From Eledone cirrhosa (taxonomy: Eukaryota): a DNA stretch of 64,000 nt. The translations under genes and the position numbers were made by a program. The notes beneath the pieces were generated by a model. It was given only the letters and a program-made list of their open reading frames with translations, did no database searches and was not told where the DNA came from. The DNA lies in the NCBI GenBank assembly GCA_964016885.1, contig OZ024742.1, positions 244,776,001 to 244,840,000 on the forward strand, given 5' to 3'. Within the stretch, counting starts at the first letter, position 1. Each line of letters opens with the position of its first letter. Positions 12,424-24,585 of the stretch are shown here, in pieces.

Positions 12424-14314
12424 GCAGACAGTTTCAAGCATGTTACATTCATGAATCATATATTAGCCAAATATTAGCTTAACCAAATAATGATATCAAC
12501 CAGACAAGGTTGGTAATTGGGCAATCATTTGAGCAATAACTGTAAAAATTGTAAACTTTTTTTGTTTGGTGTAAGATGCCTTTTATTATATGTATGATCT
12601 CATATTTAGCAAGGCTGAAACTGAATTTTCTGTCCTTCATTAAATCCTCTTTCTATCAAGTTCTTTTCTCTGAAACTCCTTTATGATTCTAGATTCTACT
12701 GTTAATTCTGTGCTGCATTGCAGGCATCATATGTTTATAAATATATCTTTCTTTCCTTCTATTTTTTCCTCTATATTTTTATATTACATGTGAGTTATAT
12801 CTAAGTGCTAATGATTGTGTACTGGCACTAAGAGTTTAACCAGTTTGAAAAAAAAAAAAAGACTTGAAAATGGCATCAATATTGATATTACTCCATCCAT
12901 TACAATTTTCTCAATAGAACACAGCCAGTCACTTGTATATCTCTAACTTCCTCTCCTTCATTCTATTGAACTCTCCAAAGCTTTCTCAATGATAACATCA
13001 TCAAAGAACAGACAGATCAATGTCTGAAAAAAAAAAACAAAAAAACCTAAGCTAAAATATTTCTATTTATTTGTTTATTGTAAATGGAGATTGAAAGAAA
13101 ATATCAGAAGATAACAGAAAGAGGTTGAAGAAAAACTGCATAAATATATAGTGTCTATAATTGAATAAAGTTATTAAAATGTTGTGTGCATAAATAGATG
13201 GCTGGATGAAGACATTAAAATGTAGTGTATATAAAAATAAAAATAAAATATTAGAATGTAGAGGGCATAAAGAAGGAGTTGAAGGGAAAATTATGGAAAG
13301 TTTAGCATAAGAAATATTCCACTGGAAGGGAAAAATGTGTATAAAAGAACATTTGAGGATATGGAAATAAACACATAACTGTAGGGAAACTTCATCTGAA
13401 TTCCATTTCTAAGCCAAGTAATATTGTTTTCAAAATGGATGCTGGGAAATGAGGTATTTTACCATTAAGACAGCAATGCATTCCAACAATTTGATTCTGT
13501 TTTCCCTCAGAGAACTGTCATCTCCTGTATTTTTCTGTTACTTCCAATTCTATTCTATCATTGACTGACAACACAACACTCAACACAATTTTCCATTCAA
13601 ACTTTGTTTTGTGTAAACCTTTTATTAAAAGAAACCCCTTTGGCGTCACCGATGATCAAAAGATAAAAGGCATTTTAATATCACGTAAACACAAACTATG
13701 CATTCCTTTAGGGTAGATGCTTTCTCTAAAACATCTTCCAAATGAAGAACTTTTCAATATTACTGGCTTATCATCTCTTTCAAAAATCATGAAATACTAT
13801 ATTGTCCATATGACTTCAAAAATATAAAGGTTCATTTTCAATTTCTGTCTCTTTAAAATATAAAAATCTATGGAGCATATATACCTAAATCAGAGTAGTG
13901 TAGTCATGGGCATCTGAGATCAATTTCAGAAAGCTATTCAATTGACAGGTAAACCTTTTTCTGACAATCTGCAGCCTTTGATCTGCTAGAGGTGCTTTAA
14001 TTTTCTCTTACAAGTACCTACCTTTTTACAAAGCCCCAAATTCCTGATCTCCCTATCTACAACGGATGCCTTTCTGCACCACACAGATTGCGAGTTCAAA
14101 TCTCTTGTCAAGAAGTTCTCCACTACATTTGTGAAATTCTCCAGTCCACCACTTCTAAGATGTCTCTGTCAAAATTTACTGAAAAAAAAGCCACTACATT
14201 TGCTGATTGCTTTGAAATGAAATACTTAATGTCACTTCTAAAAGCACATATTTCGATACTGATGATACTACCCAGTACTTCTTAACTTTCTGCTACACAT
14301 AAGTTTCTTGCATC

Positions 14315-14670
14315 TCCTTCTTCACCCATTTATTCCTGGGCAGAGTCCTCAAGTACACCTTCCAGTGGTTCCTGTCAGAAGCGACCATCTCCAATTGATC
14401 TGGCTGGATCCTCAAGCAAGACTAGTTGAGCTCATGGATGTTATCCAATCATTTTGCTTGGGGTCTACTCCTGAGTCTCCTGCCGGTTGATTTTGCCTGT
14501 AAATTCTGTCCAGTGATTCTTTCCTGAGACATTCTAACCACATGTCCATAATATTAGAGCTGTGATCTCTCAATTTGGAGAAGTAGCAGCTCTAACTGGA
14601 GTGACTCTCTGATCTCTGACCTATGCACTCTATTGACTAATGTTCCTCCAAACACCCTTTGTATTATATT
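14315..14670 (-). mobile_element. RTE family A 3' fragment
   Basis: Aligns by eye to 8580-8990 and 54900-55190. Confidence 0.85.
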
Positions 14671-14884
14671 CGCGATTGTATTCTTCCTTGTATCTGAAAC
14701 ACTTCACAACAAACATACAACATGAACAAACATTAAAAGTATCATTTAATAGAGGAACCTGACAACTGCATCTTTTTCAACTGTAGAGATGCAACCACTA
14801 CACATATCAAGGAAATAATCTTGTATGTCAACCTTCTTATGAACAACTCAACTAAAACCCTCAAAGTCACTACACTACAATGCT

Positions 14885-15299
14885 TAGTTTTAGTCTTAGG
14901 TTCTTCTGCGCCATTTGGCACATTGAGCAGTAAGTACTTATCAACAGTCACAATCAGAGATGGCTTTTTCGCGTCCGTGCCAAGTGATGTTGTCTGCCAT
15001 CAGGTCTTTTTGGAATGTTCGTCACCAGGTGATCCTGGGGCAACCCCGCCTCCGTTTGCCGCCAGGTGGAGTCCAGTTCATTGCTGTTTTCAAGTGTCAT
15101 ATGTTGGGCAGGCGCAGAATATGGCCAGCCAGGCGACACCGGCGCTCTGTAACCATCCTCTGTAGCATCCACGACTCGGCTCTCCGCAGGATTTCTTCGT
15201 TTCACACTCGTTTTACATTCAATTTTACCACTGAGATTTGTGGTTAACACCCCTTCACCACGATGAGGTGTCCGTCAAGACCAGGGGACTCATCAGGGG
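14885..15299 (-). mobile_element. 415-bp non-autonomous RTE derivative (5' end plus 3' end), TSD-flanked
   Basis: TSD CTACAATGCT at 14875-14884 and 15300-15309. 3' part encodes NEEILRRA...RLAGHILRLP...AMNWTPPGGKRRRGCPRITW; (CTAAGA)-like tail. Confidence 0.85.
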
Positions 15300-15300
15300 C
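15215..15300 (-). ncRNA. Putative HDV-like self-cleaving ribozyme remnant at the RTE 5' end
   Basis: P1 GCCCCU/AGGGGU with G1-U wobble, P3/L3 ACC-UCAUCGU-GGU, P4 ACCAC/GUGGU, J4/2 UGAAU. The P2 3' strand is truncated. Confidence 0.55.
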
Positions 15301-16113
15301 TACAATGCTAGGCGTCAATATATATTAATTACACAGACTAAGATTCATTTTTAGATTCTCAAAATATCTGATCAGTTGCTAATGATAAAGCTTAAGTAAG
15401 ATACACACAGGATTACTGCTCACATATATAGAACAGTGCTTCTACTACCTTAACATTCTTGACTGCATCTAAAAGAATAGCATTTGACTGATTGGCAAAG
15501 ATTCAATCCCTAACACACTTTAATAACTAGCTCACAGACATGCAGCATTCTTTCTCAGCCTCTTCTATCAACACAATAGCCTAGATGCATACCCTCTTTA
15601 CCCAGGCACATTCATTTCTCCTTTATTCATCATCATTACAGTGAGTCATCTCCCAGATCTCACCCTAAACAATTCATCCAGTCCTTCCTCTCCATAACTG
15701 GAATGTTTTCCCTGCTTATGTTTCTTCTACAGACACTGACATACAGAGAATCAAACTAAACCACCAACAGCATCACATTCACCAATCTTAGAAGGCCTGT
15801 AAAGAGCAGAGGCACTGCTCTTCTTCCTTTAAATATTATATTTAAAAAGCAACAAATATATATGTGTATATTTGTGCATATAATCTTTCTATGTGCATGC
15901 TGCACATCTGTGCAAATATTTGCTTAACTACAGTTTGGGAACATACACATGCATGATACACACACACACACACACACCTTATCTGTTAACATATATTTCT
16001 GCTAAGTTCTAAAAGTTTAATAGAAAGAAGATAATTCTTTTCTATCAACCCATAGTGGAAAATAACTATTTTTAGCTAAACTTGTTTAAATGATAAGCTG
16101 AGTGAATGGATTT

Positions 16114-16146
<33 letters not shown>

Positions 16147-16497
16147 GCGAGCGCATGTCTGCATGCACTTGTACACATGCATGTGTAGACAATTTGTGAG
16201 ACTGTGTGATTAACAGAAAGATAAGATATAAATTAATAGAAACAGCATAGCATTAAATATATTAACATATATACTTATACTACTATCTCTAAATTGCTGG
16301 TTATCTTTATAAAAATTAATATTCCATTTGGCTTCATAAGGAATTTAAGAACTGAGTTATGCATTCAAAAAAATTATCAAAATCTCTGATATCCATTTAA
16401 ATATTAAAGTAATAATATAAAATAAAACTGAACCAGCAGCCAAAGAACTAATATTTTGATTTATTGAAGTTGACCCCCAAAGCCTCTGTAATAATAA

Positions 16498-17233
16498 CTG
16501 TTTCTTCTTTTGGCACAAGGCCAGCAATTATACCAGCACATTACTAGTAGTTTATTTTATCGACCCCGTAAGGATGAAAGACAAAGTTAATCTCGGCGGG
16601 ATTTTATCTCCGACTGCAAAGGGCCGTAACTCTATGCTGCAAAGCATGGCATCTGACGCTCTACCGATACTGCCAATCCACTGCCCTATAATTAGGGATT
16701 CCATCCATCCACATCCAGTTTTGGTCTTTAGGCTGCTGCGGTTGTCCTGGACTCCGAGGTAGGCAACACCAGGCAATGTCTCACAGTCGCTCTCCATGAA
16801 TTGTTTCTACTTTTGGCACAAGGCCAGCAATTACCCCAGTGCATTACTGATGCTTTATTTTATTGATCCTGTAAGGATGAAAGGCCAAGTTAACCTCGGC
16901 AGAATTTGAACACAACGTAAAGGGTCGTAACCCTATGTCACGAAGTATGTTGTGGGTCAATATATAATAGTTGTTTCTACTTTTGGCACAAAGCCAGCAA
17001 TTATCCCAGTGCATTACTGGTACTTTATTTTATCGACCCTGTAAGGATGAAAGGCAAAGTTAACCTTGGCGGGATTTAAACTCAGACTGTAAAGGGCCGT
17101 AACTCTATGATGATACTGCCAATCCAGCCTCTGTAATAATAATTGTTTCTACTTTTGGCACAAGGCCAGCAATTACCCAGTACATTACTGGTACTTTACT
17201 GGGTAATTGCCGGCCTTGTACTGTAATAATAAT
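16498..17233 (-). mobile_element. Cluster of tRNA-derived Meta-domain SINEs (3 copies plus 1 foldback fragment)
   Basis: Minus strand shows A-box-like TGGCAGTATCGGTAG, B-box GAGTTCAAATCCCGCC (most copies) and central GCCTTTCATCCTTACGGGGTCGATAAAATAAAGTACCAG (Meta-domain-like), with an AGAAACAATT(ATT)n tail. Confidence 0.9.
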
Positions 17234-17336
17234 GAAAATCATTTCTTTTTATATAAAAGTTATCATCTCAATTTGAAAAAAAAAAAAGCTAAATTAAAAA
17301 AGAATAAATTTCTTAGGTTAAAAATTAAATTTAATT

Positions 17337-17514
17337 AATTGTTTCTACTTTAGGCACAAGGCCAGCAATCACCCAGTGTATCACTGGTACTTTATTTTAT
17401 CGACCCCTTAAGGATGAAAGGCAAAGTCAACCTCGGCGGGATTTGAACTCAGATCGTAAAGGGAGTAACTATGCTAGAAAGCATGGCGTCCGACCCTCTA
17501 CCGATACTGCCAAT
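17337..17514 (-). mobile_element. Meta-domain SINE, full length
   Basis: Same consensus; flanked by TTAATTAAT-like duplication. Confidence 0.9.
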
Positions 17515-17721
17515 TAATTAATGTCACCTAACAATGTCTGTTATCTAATTATTGAGTACAATTAACATTACATATGTGTTGTGTGACGAAACCAGTCTTA
17601 TGTCATAAAACTCATTTTTATTTTAGTAGTGTGCATCTGAATTGAAAGTCTAATCTTAGGATTATATCAGAAAAGATAGTGCTGAATTGCAAGAATGTAT
17701 ATTTAAACAGTAGCAAGAAAT

Positions 17722-17758
<37 letters not shown>

Positions 17759-17775
17759 GTAATTATTATTATTAT
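17722..17775. repeat. (AAT)n/(ATT)n microsatellite
   Basis: Direct reading. Confidence 0.9.
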
Positions 17776-17979
17776 TTCTACTTAAATATAAAATAATAAT
17801 GATAAATAAATAATGTTAAATGAAAGAGAAATAGTCAATAGGATGATTTTCTGCGAGATATGCTTAAGCAAAGATGTATCTATTACTAATTCGCTAATAA
17901 CAATGGAATCGGGTGCTAAAAAATAAGGCTGCACCAAAGGGAGCCATGACTACAGAAAACACACAAATATCTCACTACT

Positions 17980-18070
<91 letters not shown>

Positions 18071-18078
18071 TCTCTCTC
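17980..18078. repeat. (CT)n microsatellite
   Basis: Direct reading. Confidence 0.95.
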
Positions 18079-18584
18079 CAATAGATATGCACAATGAATG
18101 AATACAGTCATAAATTTGCATAGATTTAGAAAATATTATACGTACCAAATATATATATACATATTTTTATGTAAATATAAGAGATGCACTCATTAATATA
18201 ATATCGATGTTTGATCATTCATTTTTCCATACTTGCAGGGATTGAAAGAGTCTGCAGTGCAAGATATAGCAGCTAGGCTTGATTCTACTTCATTTCGTCC
18301 ATCATATCTATTTTGAAAATATGGCCTGTCCTGACCCATTCATACTTCACTCTCAACACCATCACTTTTTAGTATCTACTCTCATTATCACCCCCCCCCC
18401 CCCATAATCTAAGATTAGTTCCACTCCTCCTACCCTGTTAAATCCTATTACGCTTGTCATAACTCTTTAATAGCTGTTCTCTTTATCATCCACACATCAT
18501 CACTCCCATCCATTCTCTTTCCCTATACCCCACCCACCCACTCTATCAGAGATCACTCCTACCACCCTTTCTTTACCCCATTAA

Positions 18585-18792
18585 CCCTGTAGCATGTACG
18601 TTACTCTTTATTTACTATTGTATTTTCACAGTAAACACTTTATCTCACATAAGATCAAATCAAAGAGATTTTGATATTATTTATTTTGAGAACAATACCT
18701 TAACATAAGTACGAGTGGCAGGTTATGGCTGATTTGAAAAGAAAGAGGTAAGAGAATTCTGGCCAGATACAGCCAGTTTAAATGCTAAAGGG
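18585..18792. mobile_element. piggyBac-type MITE (~210-220 bp)
   Basis: TTAA|CCCT(T/G)TAGCAT...AATGCTAAAGGG|TTAA. Further copies at ~19120-19269, 20096-20236 (partial), 20497-20715, 21248-21455, 26012-26232, 34401-34621 and 39281-39502. Confidence 0.85.
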
Positions 18793-19814
18793 TTAATCTT
18801 GAAAAGTTAATTTTTTTCTTGATGCAAAGAATGTAATTTTCCAGAAAAGTTTGGAATCATTCATCATCACTGTTTTAAGTCCGTTCTTCTATGCTAGCAT
18901 GGGTTAGACGGTTGTTCTGTTGTGGGCAGTGTCCGGTTGGCTGACCTTATCTTGCTCATACGGGAACTGATTCTGGCTTGATTTCTACAGCTGGATGCCC
19001 TTCCTAACACAAACCTCATTTACAGTGAGTGCCAGGTGCTTTTTTTTTTTTCGTGGTGCCTTCACGTCCACTTTACAGTGTGGGCTGGTTGCTTTTTTGC
19101 TGTGGCACCTCCACAACAAATTAAAATTGTTTACTATCATTTGGTTGAGCTGGCTCAAATTTGTTCAACTGGATCTCACCACCCATCTTGAGCAGCTGGT
19201 TACAGTTGTTTTGAACAGAATGAGGTGAGAGAATTCTGGCTGAATATGACCTGTTTAAATGCTAAAGAGTTAAATCATCACAATATTAGTCATTGCCACT
19301 GGATCTTTGAGCACTTCCACCCAGTAAATTGTATTCAGTTCACTCTGTATAGTGGTAGTGCTGGTGTCATGATAAAATGCACTCACTCCATGTTGTAAAG
19401 TGACTAACAATAGGAAGGGTATCCAGACATAGAAGCCATACCAAATCGAATATATGAGCAAGACGTGGTCATCTGATTTTGTCTAGTCTCATAACCCACC
19501 CAACCCATGCCAGTATAGAAAACAGACATAAAACAGTAATGATGATGATGTTTACAAACAACTCTCTTAATCTGTACACTACAACCAAAATATAGTTCAT
19601 CTTACATTACATAGCAGCTTATGCTATAATTAGAGCTATAGTTCATATGATTTTACATGGTGGTCAATTGTATGTATGGCTGATAGCAGACAACAGCAGA
19701 AAAGGAATCAATATCAAATTAGATGAATTGTTGTTGACTACTGTAAAAAATACAATTCATGGCTGTTTCTAATGTATAATGTCTGCTTGGGATACATGAC
19801 ACATTAGAAATATT

Positions 19815-20030
19815 GATTTCTAACAATGATACAAGGCTACAAATCTTCGCTAGGGGTATTGTTGATTAAATTGGCCCCTAGTACTTCACTGGTACTATAT
19901 TTTATCAACCCCAACTTGATGAAACACAAAGCTCACCATGGCAGAATTTGAACTTAAAATGTCATCAGCTATAACTAAAACCTAAATAACACAAAACAGT
20001 TGGTCTGATGTTTCTCCCAATCTGCTACCC
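19815..20030 (-). mobile_element. Old Meta-domain SINE
   Basis: Degenerate match (ACTGGTACTATATTTTATCAACCCC...GAATTTGAACT). Confidence 0.6.
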
Positions 20031-20052
20031 TAGATATATTGATTCAGCAAAT

Positions 20053-20083
<31 letters not shown>

Positions 20084-20235
20084 GGAGTTGATTAACCCTT
20101 TAAGCACATAAACCGGCCATATCTGGCCAGAATTCTCTCACCTCTTTCTGTTCAAACCAACCATAACCAGCAGTTCATACTTATATTAAGGTATTGTTCT
20201 CAAAATAAATAATATCAAAATCTCATAGTCTTGAT

Positions 20236-20425
20236 ATTGTTTCTACTTTTGGCACAAGGCCAGCAATTACCCAGTACATTACTGGTACTTTATTTTATCG
20301 ACTGTGGCAAGATGAAAGACAAAGCTGACCTTGGTGGAATTTGAACTCAGAATGAAAGATACGGAACAAATACTGCAATGACATTTTATTCAGCACACTA
20401 CCAATTCTGCCAATCCACCACACTT
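20236..20425 (-). mobile_element. Meta-domain SINE truncating a piggyBac MITE
   Basis: SINE consensus starts directly after the partial MITE at 20096-20236. Confidence 0.8.
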
Positions 20426-20715
20426 GCTATTCCAGAATTATTAACAACAAAATATCACAGTCTGTTAAGTAAAGACACATTTTCATCTTAGCTTAGCCCT
20501 TTAGCATTTAAACCGGCTGTATCTGGCCAGAATTCTCTCACCTCTTTCTGTTCAAACTAACTGTAGCTAGCCACTCATACTGATGTTAAGGTATTATTCT
20601 AAAAATAAATAATATCAAAATCTCATAGATTCAATATAATGTGAAATAATTATGTGAAATAAAGTGTTTACCGTGAAAATATAATAGTAAATATAGAGTA
20701 TTGTAAATGCTAAAG

Positions 20716-23292
20716 AAAACCGTCTATGATGTTAGTGCTGGAGTTTTAGGTCATACCAATAGAAAGCATAAAGACTTGTTCGATGAAAATGATGCAGTAA
20801 TCTAGACCTTGCTTGAAGAGAAAAAAAAGTGCTGACATCATTGTTGTTTGAGACATGTTCTGACAGCATTGACCAGACCTTTAGGCAGATCAATTGAGAG
20901 TCATGCAGGATACCTGGTGGAGCAAAAAGGCTGATGAAATCCAGAAAGCCTCAGATAGACGTGATACAAAGCTCTTATGCAGTCTGCTCAGGGAGGTGTA
21001 TGGTCTGACCGGTCCACAAATATCACCACTTCGCTCCAGGGACGGCAAGGAATTGCTTAGAGATCCAAAGGAAATCCTGATTAGGTGGCACGACCACTTT
21101 GATAAGCTCCTCAACAGACCATCAGAAATTGATGATGAGTTCATCCGGTCGATTCCATCCAGACCTACAAAGCTGGCAATGGCTGATCCTCCTTCATTTG
21201 ATGGACTGTGTGCCGAGATTTCAAGTGTGCTGGTGATAACTTCTTAACGCTTTAATGTTCAAACCAGCCAAAACCGGCCAGAATTCTCTACCTCTTTCTG
21301 TTGAAACTGGCTGTAACTGGGTGCTCAAACTGATGTTAAGGTATTGTTCTCAAAATAAATACTTTTCAAAATCTCATAGATTCGATATTATGTGAGATAA
21401 AGCATTTACCATGAAAATATAATAGTATATATAGAGTAATGTGAATGCTAAAGGGTTAAACTGCCTCACTGATCTCTTTGTGAATGTTTGGAATGAAGAA
21501 GATGTACCACAGGACTGGAAAGATGCATTGATGGTGGTACTTTACAAAGGAAAGGGAGCCAAAGATGACTGTGGTAACTACAGAGGTATCTCACTGCTAT
21601 CTGTGGCTGGGAAGATCTTGTTGGACAGATTGATACAGCACATTGCTGTTGAGGTACTTCCTGAGTCCCAATGTGGCTTTAGGAATGGCAGAGGCACTGT
21701 TGACATGATCTTCTCGGCCAAACAACTTCAAAAGAAATGCATTGAGCAGCGCATGAACTTATACCAACTTTTTGTCGATCTGACCAAGGCATTTGACACC
21801 ATTAATTGGAAGGCTTTGTGGGTTATTTTGGAGAGATTGGGCTGTCCTGAAAAGTTTGTGAACATACTGAAACTCTTCCACGGTGACATGCAGGCATGGG
21901 TGAATGTTGGAGGTAAACTGTCTGAGCCAATCTCAGTTGAAAATAGTGTCAAGCAGGGTGATATACCTGCACCGACTTTGTTTGCCATGTATTGCGCGAT
22001 GGTGTTCTTCATGGCCTTCAAGGATTGTCAACACGGTATCTATCTTAGATATGGCACTTCCGGCAAGCTGTTTAACCTCAAGTGTCTCACTGCCAACACT
22101 AAGGTACTGAATACCTTGATCAGAGAATTTTTATATGCAGATGATTGTGATCTCTTTGCACACTCCCAGAGTGACATGCAACATTTTATGAATTCTTTTT
22201 CCAATGCGTGCAGTGCTTTGGGACTGACAATCAGTCTGAAGAAGACTGTCGTCATATACCAACCACCTCCGGATAAAGTTTTCAATGAACCCTCCATATA
22301 CGTATATGCGCTCAAAAGCTGAAGGCTACTGACACATTTGTGTATTTGGGGAGTACTCTGAGTGTGCCCTGCTCTCTGGATGCAGAAATTGGTATACGTG
22401 TTAGTATGGCAAGTGAGTCATTTGGAAGGCTCAGTGACCGTCTTTGGTGCCAGCGAGGAATCACAATGAGGACCAAAGTGAGAGTGTATGTTGCATGTGT
22501 ACTGTCAGCTTTGCTGTATGCATGTGAGACATGGGTTGCTTACAAATGGCATATCCATAGACTGGAACGGTTTCACCAGCAGTGTCTCAGAAAGATGCTC
22601 GGTATCAAGTGGCAGATGCATGTGAGTGATGTTGAGGTCCTTGAGGGAAGTGAGTGTCGGAGCATTGAGAGTATCATCCACCAACGGCTTTTGCAATGGA
22701 CCGGACACCTCTGCAGAATGGACGATGATCGAATCCCAAAACAACACTTGTATGCGAGCTTTGTGAGGGTAAGAGACCACCTCAGAAGCCAAGGCTCCGA
22801 TTCAAGGATTGTGTAAAGGACTCATTGAAAAAAACCTGGTTTGATGATGGCTGACTGGGAGATAGAAGCTCTTGAAAGAGAAACTTAGCTGGAATGGTGA
22901 ATGATGGAGTCCATAATTTTGAGGACAGACGCATAGAGCACGAGAAGATCAAACGGGATGTGCGTAAGAAATGCCCTGGTGTATCTCTCGAAACGATTGG
23001 TGTTTCCATTGAATTGAAGTGCCCTGAGTGTGGAAAAATTTGCTTGAGCAAATCTGGTCTCAGGAGCTACAGTTGCAGCCATGTTCAAAGAGAACCAGTG
23101 AACTATGATTTCCACGGTGTTGTGAGGGTTCACGAGCAACATTATGCAGGATCTCAAGATAGGAAGATCCATAGTTGTCGTCAGTGTGTGAAGGAGTGAA
23201 AGTCTCTAAAAGGCTTGAAAAGCCATATCCGAGCGTCACACATCTGAATCTGACAAGCGAGTGCAATATTCTTGGCAGAGTTTGCCGCCATC
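20716..23292 (+). mobile_element. RTE-BovB-like LINE family B, 5'-truncated
   Basis: ORFs 20894-21247, 21441-22322 (NYRGISLLSVAGK, PESQCGFR, FVDLTKAFD, QGDIPAPTLF, YADD) and 22340-22816, plus a C-terminal CPECGKIC zinc finger. TSD AAATG(C/T)TAAAG at 20705-20715 and 23293-23303. Confidence 0.93.
21248..21455. mobile_element. piggyBac-type MITE inserted in the RTE RT region
   Basis: TTAA at 21244-21247 and 21456-21459. Removal restores AEIFKCAGDNFLNCLTDLFVNVW. Confidence 0.9.
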
Positions 23293-24585
23293 AAATGTTA
23301 AAGGGTTAATAAAGGAAAACTTTAACTAAAAGTTATTTAATTATGCTTATATATGAATCAAATTCAAATGAATTGTTTTTAAATATTCATGTTTCAAGAA
23401 AACTCATGTATTTTAACAGTTTCATAGTGAATACAAATTTGAAGGTAGGAACCTAAAACATGTGTTTGCAACAAAAAACTGGTGTCAGGGAAATCAAAAA
23501 AAGAATTTGATGTGTTGTTATCTAGGTGTTTCTAGGGCCATATTATATAATGTGTCCTTTCCTTTTTTAACATGATTTGAAAGCAGTTTAGCAGCTATTT
23601 CTAGCAGGCTGAGTGATTTTGTAAGAGACCCCTTTATTAGATTGCAAGCTATATTTTCTTAAGTTGTGAATTGAACCCAGACTGCTTGGCTTTCAGCCAG
23701 GAGTCCTAATCACTAGATGTAAGTGTAGTGTGTTGTGACTGTTGATTACACAAATGGATTTTTAGCCCTATTTGTGTTGCTACCCTAAATAATGCAATAG
23801 CTAACTGTACTAAATAATTTGGATCACTTTTAACCTCTCTTTGATTCAATGCCTATTTCTATGGATTTTGGTTTTAACTATTTCTTTTTAGTTTGCCACT
23901 TTAAAAAATGATAAAACTTTTCGAATTTAGATCTAATTTTCTAGTTAATGTTTCTTGAGAAATTACATTAGAACATTGTTCAGATTTAGCATTTTTAAAT
24001 AAGTATATAAAAATTTATAGCAGATTCCATTGGAAATAAGAAGGGAAAGTGAATGTCAAGAAATTAGAAGATAGGAAAAAATGTAAAATATTTGTAAGAT
24101 AGTAGTGAAAAAGAAATTGAAAAAAGAAATTCTTCCATGTGACATGGGAAGATCTAGATTACACGAGAACTGTGAGAATTTGAAATAATTCAAATTTAAA
24201 AAAATCAAAACCTAATGCTAATATAAAAAAAAAATTGTGTAACATCAAAATGGCAGTGATAAAGATTTTCTGGAATAAAAAATATATAGACAAAACTCAT
24301 GTTTAGAAATAATATTTTAAAGACAAAAGGAAGAAAGAAGTTTGAATTTAACTTGGTGATTATTTAGTTTTTTATAATTGTAAAAATATTTAAGAAAATT
24401 GAATCTGCTATATCATAATAATAGTAATGACTGCAAAGTAAGAAATAAATAATGTTTCATGTGAAGATCGTAGATATGGTGTTGTTATAGTAGAAATACA
24501 AAACTTGTTATGAATAAACTCCTCTTCATACTTTGATATATATATATAAAGCAGATGTTAATGTTGATATATATATATCGTCATC

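Noticed and set aside
15262-15297. Hammerhead ribozyme (minus strand CUGAUGAGUCC...GGAC)
   Set aside because: No GAAA follows the putative stem II; the HDV-like fold explains the segment and the element boundary better.
21441-22322. Functional 293-aa reverse transcriptase gene
   Set aside because: The start codon comes from a MITE TIR, and the element is 5'-truncated with deletions and frameshifts.
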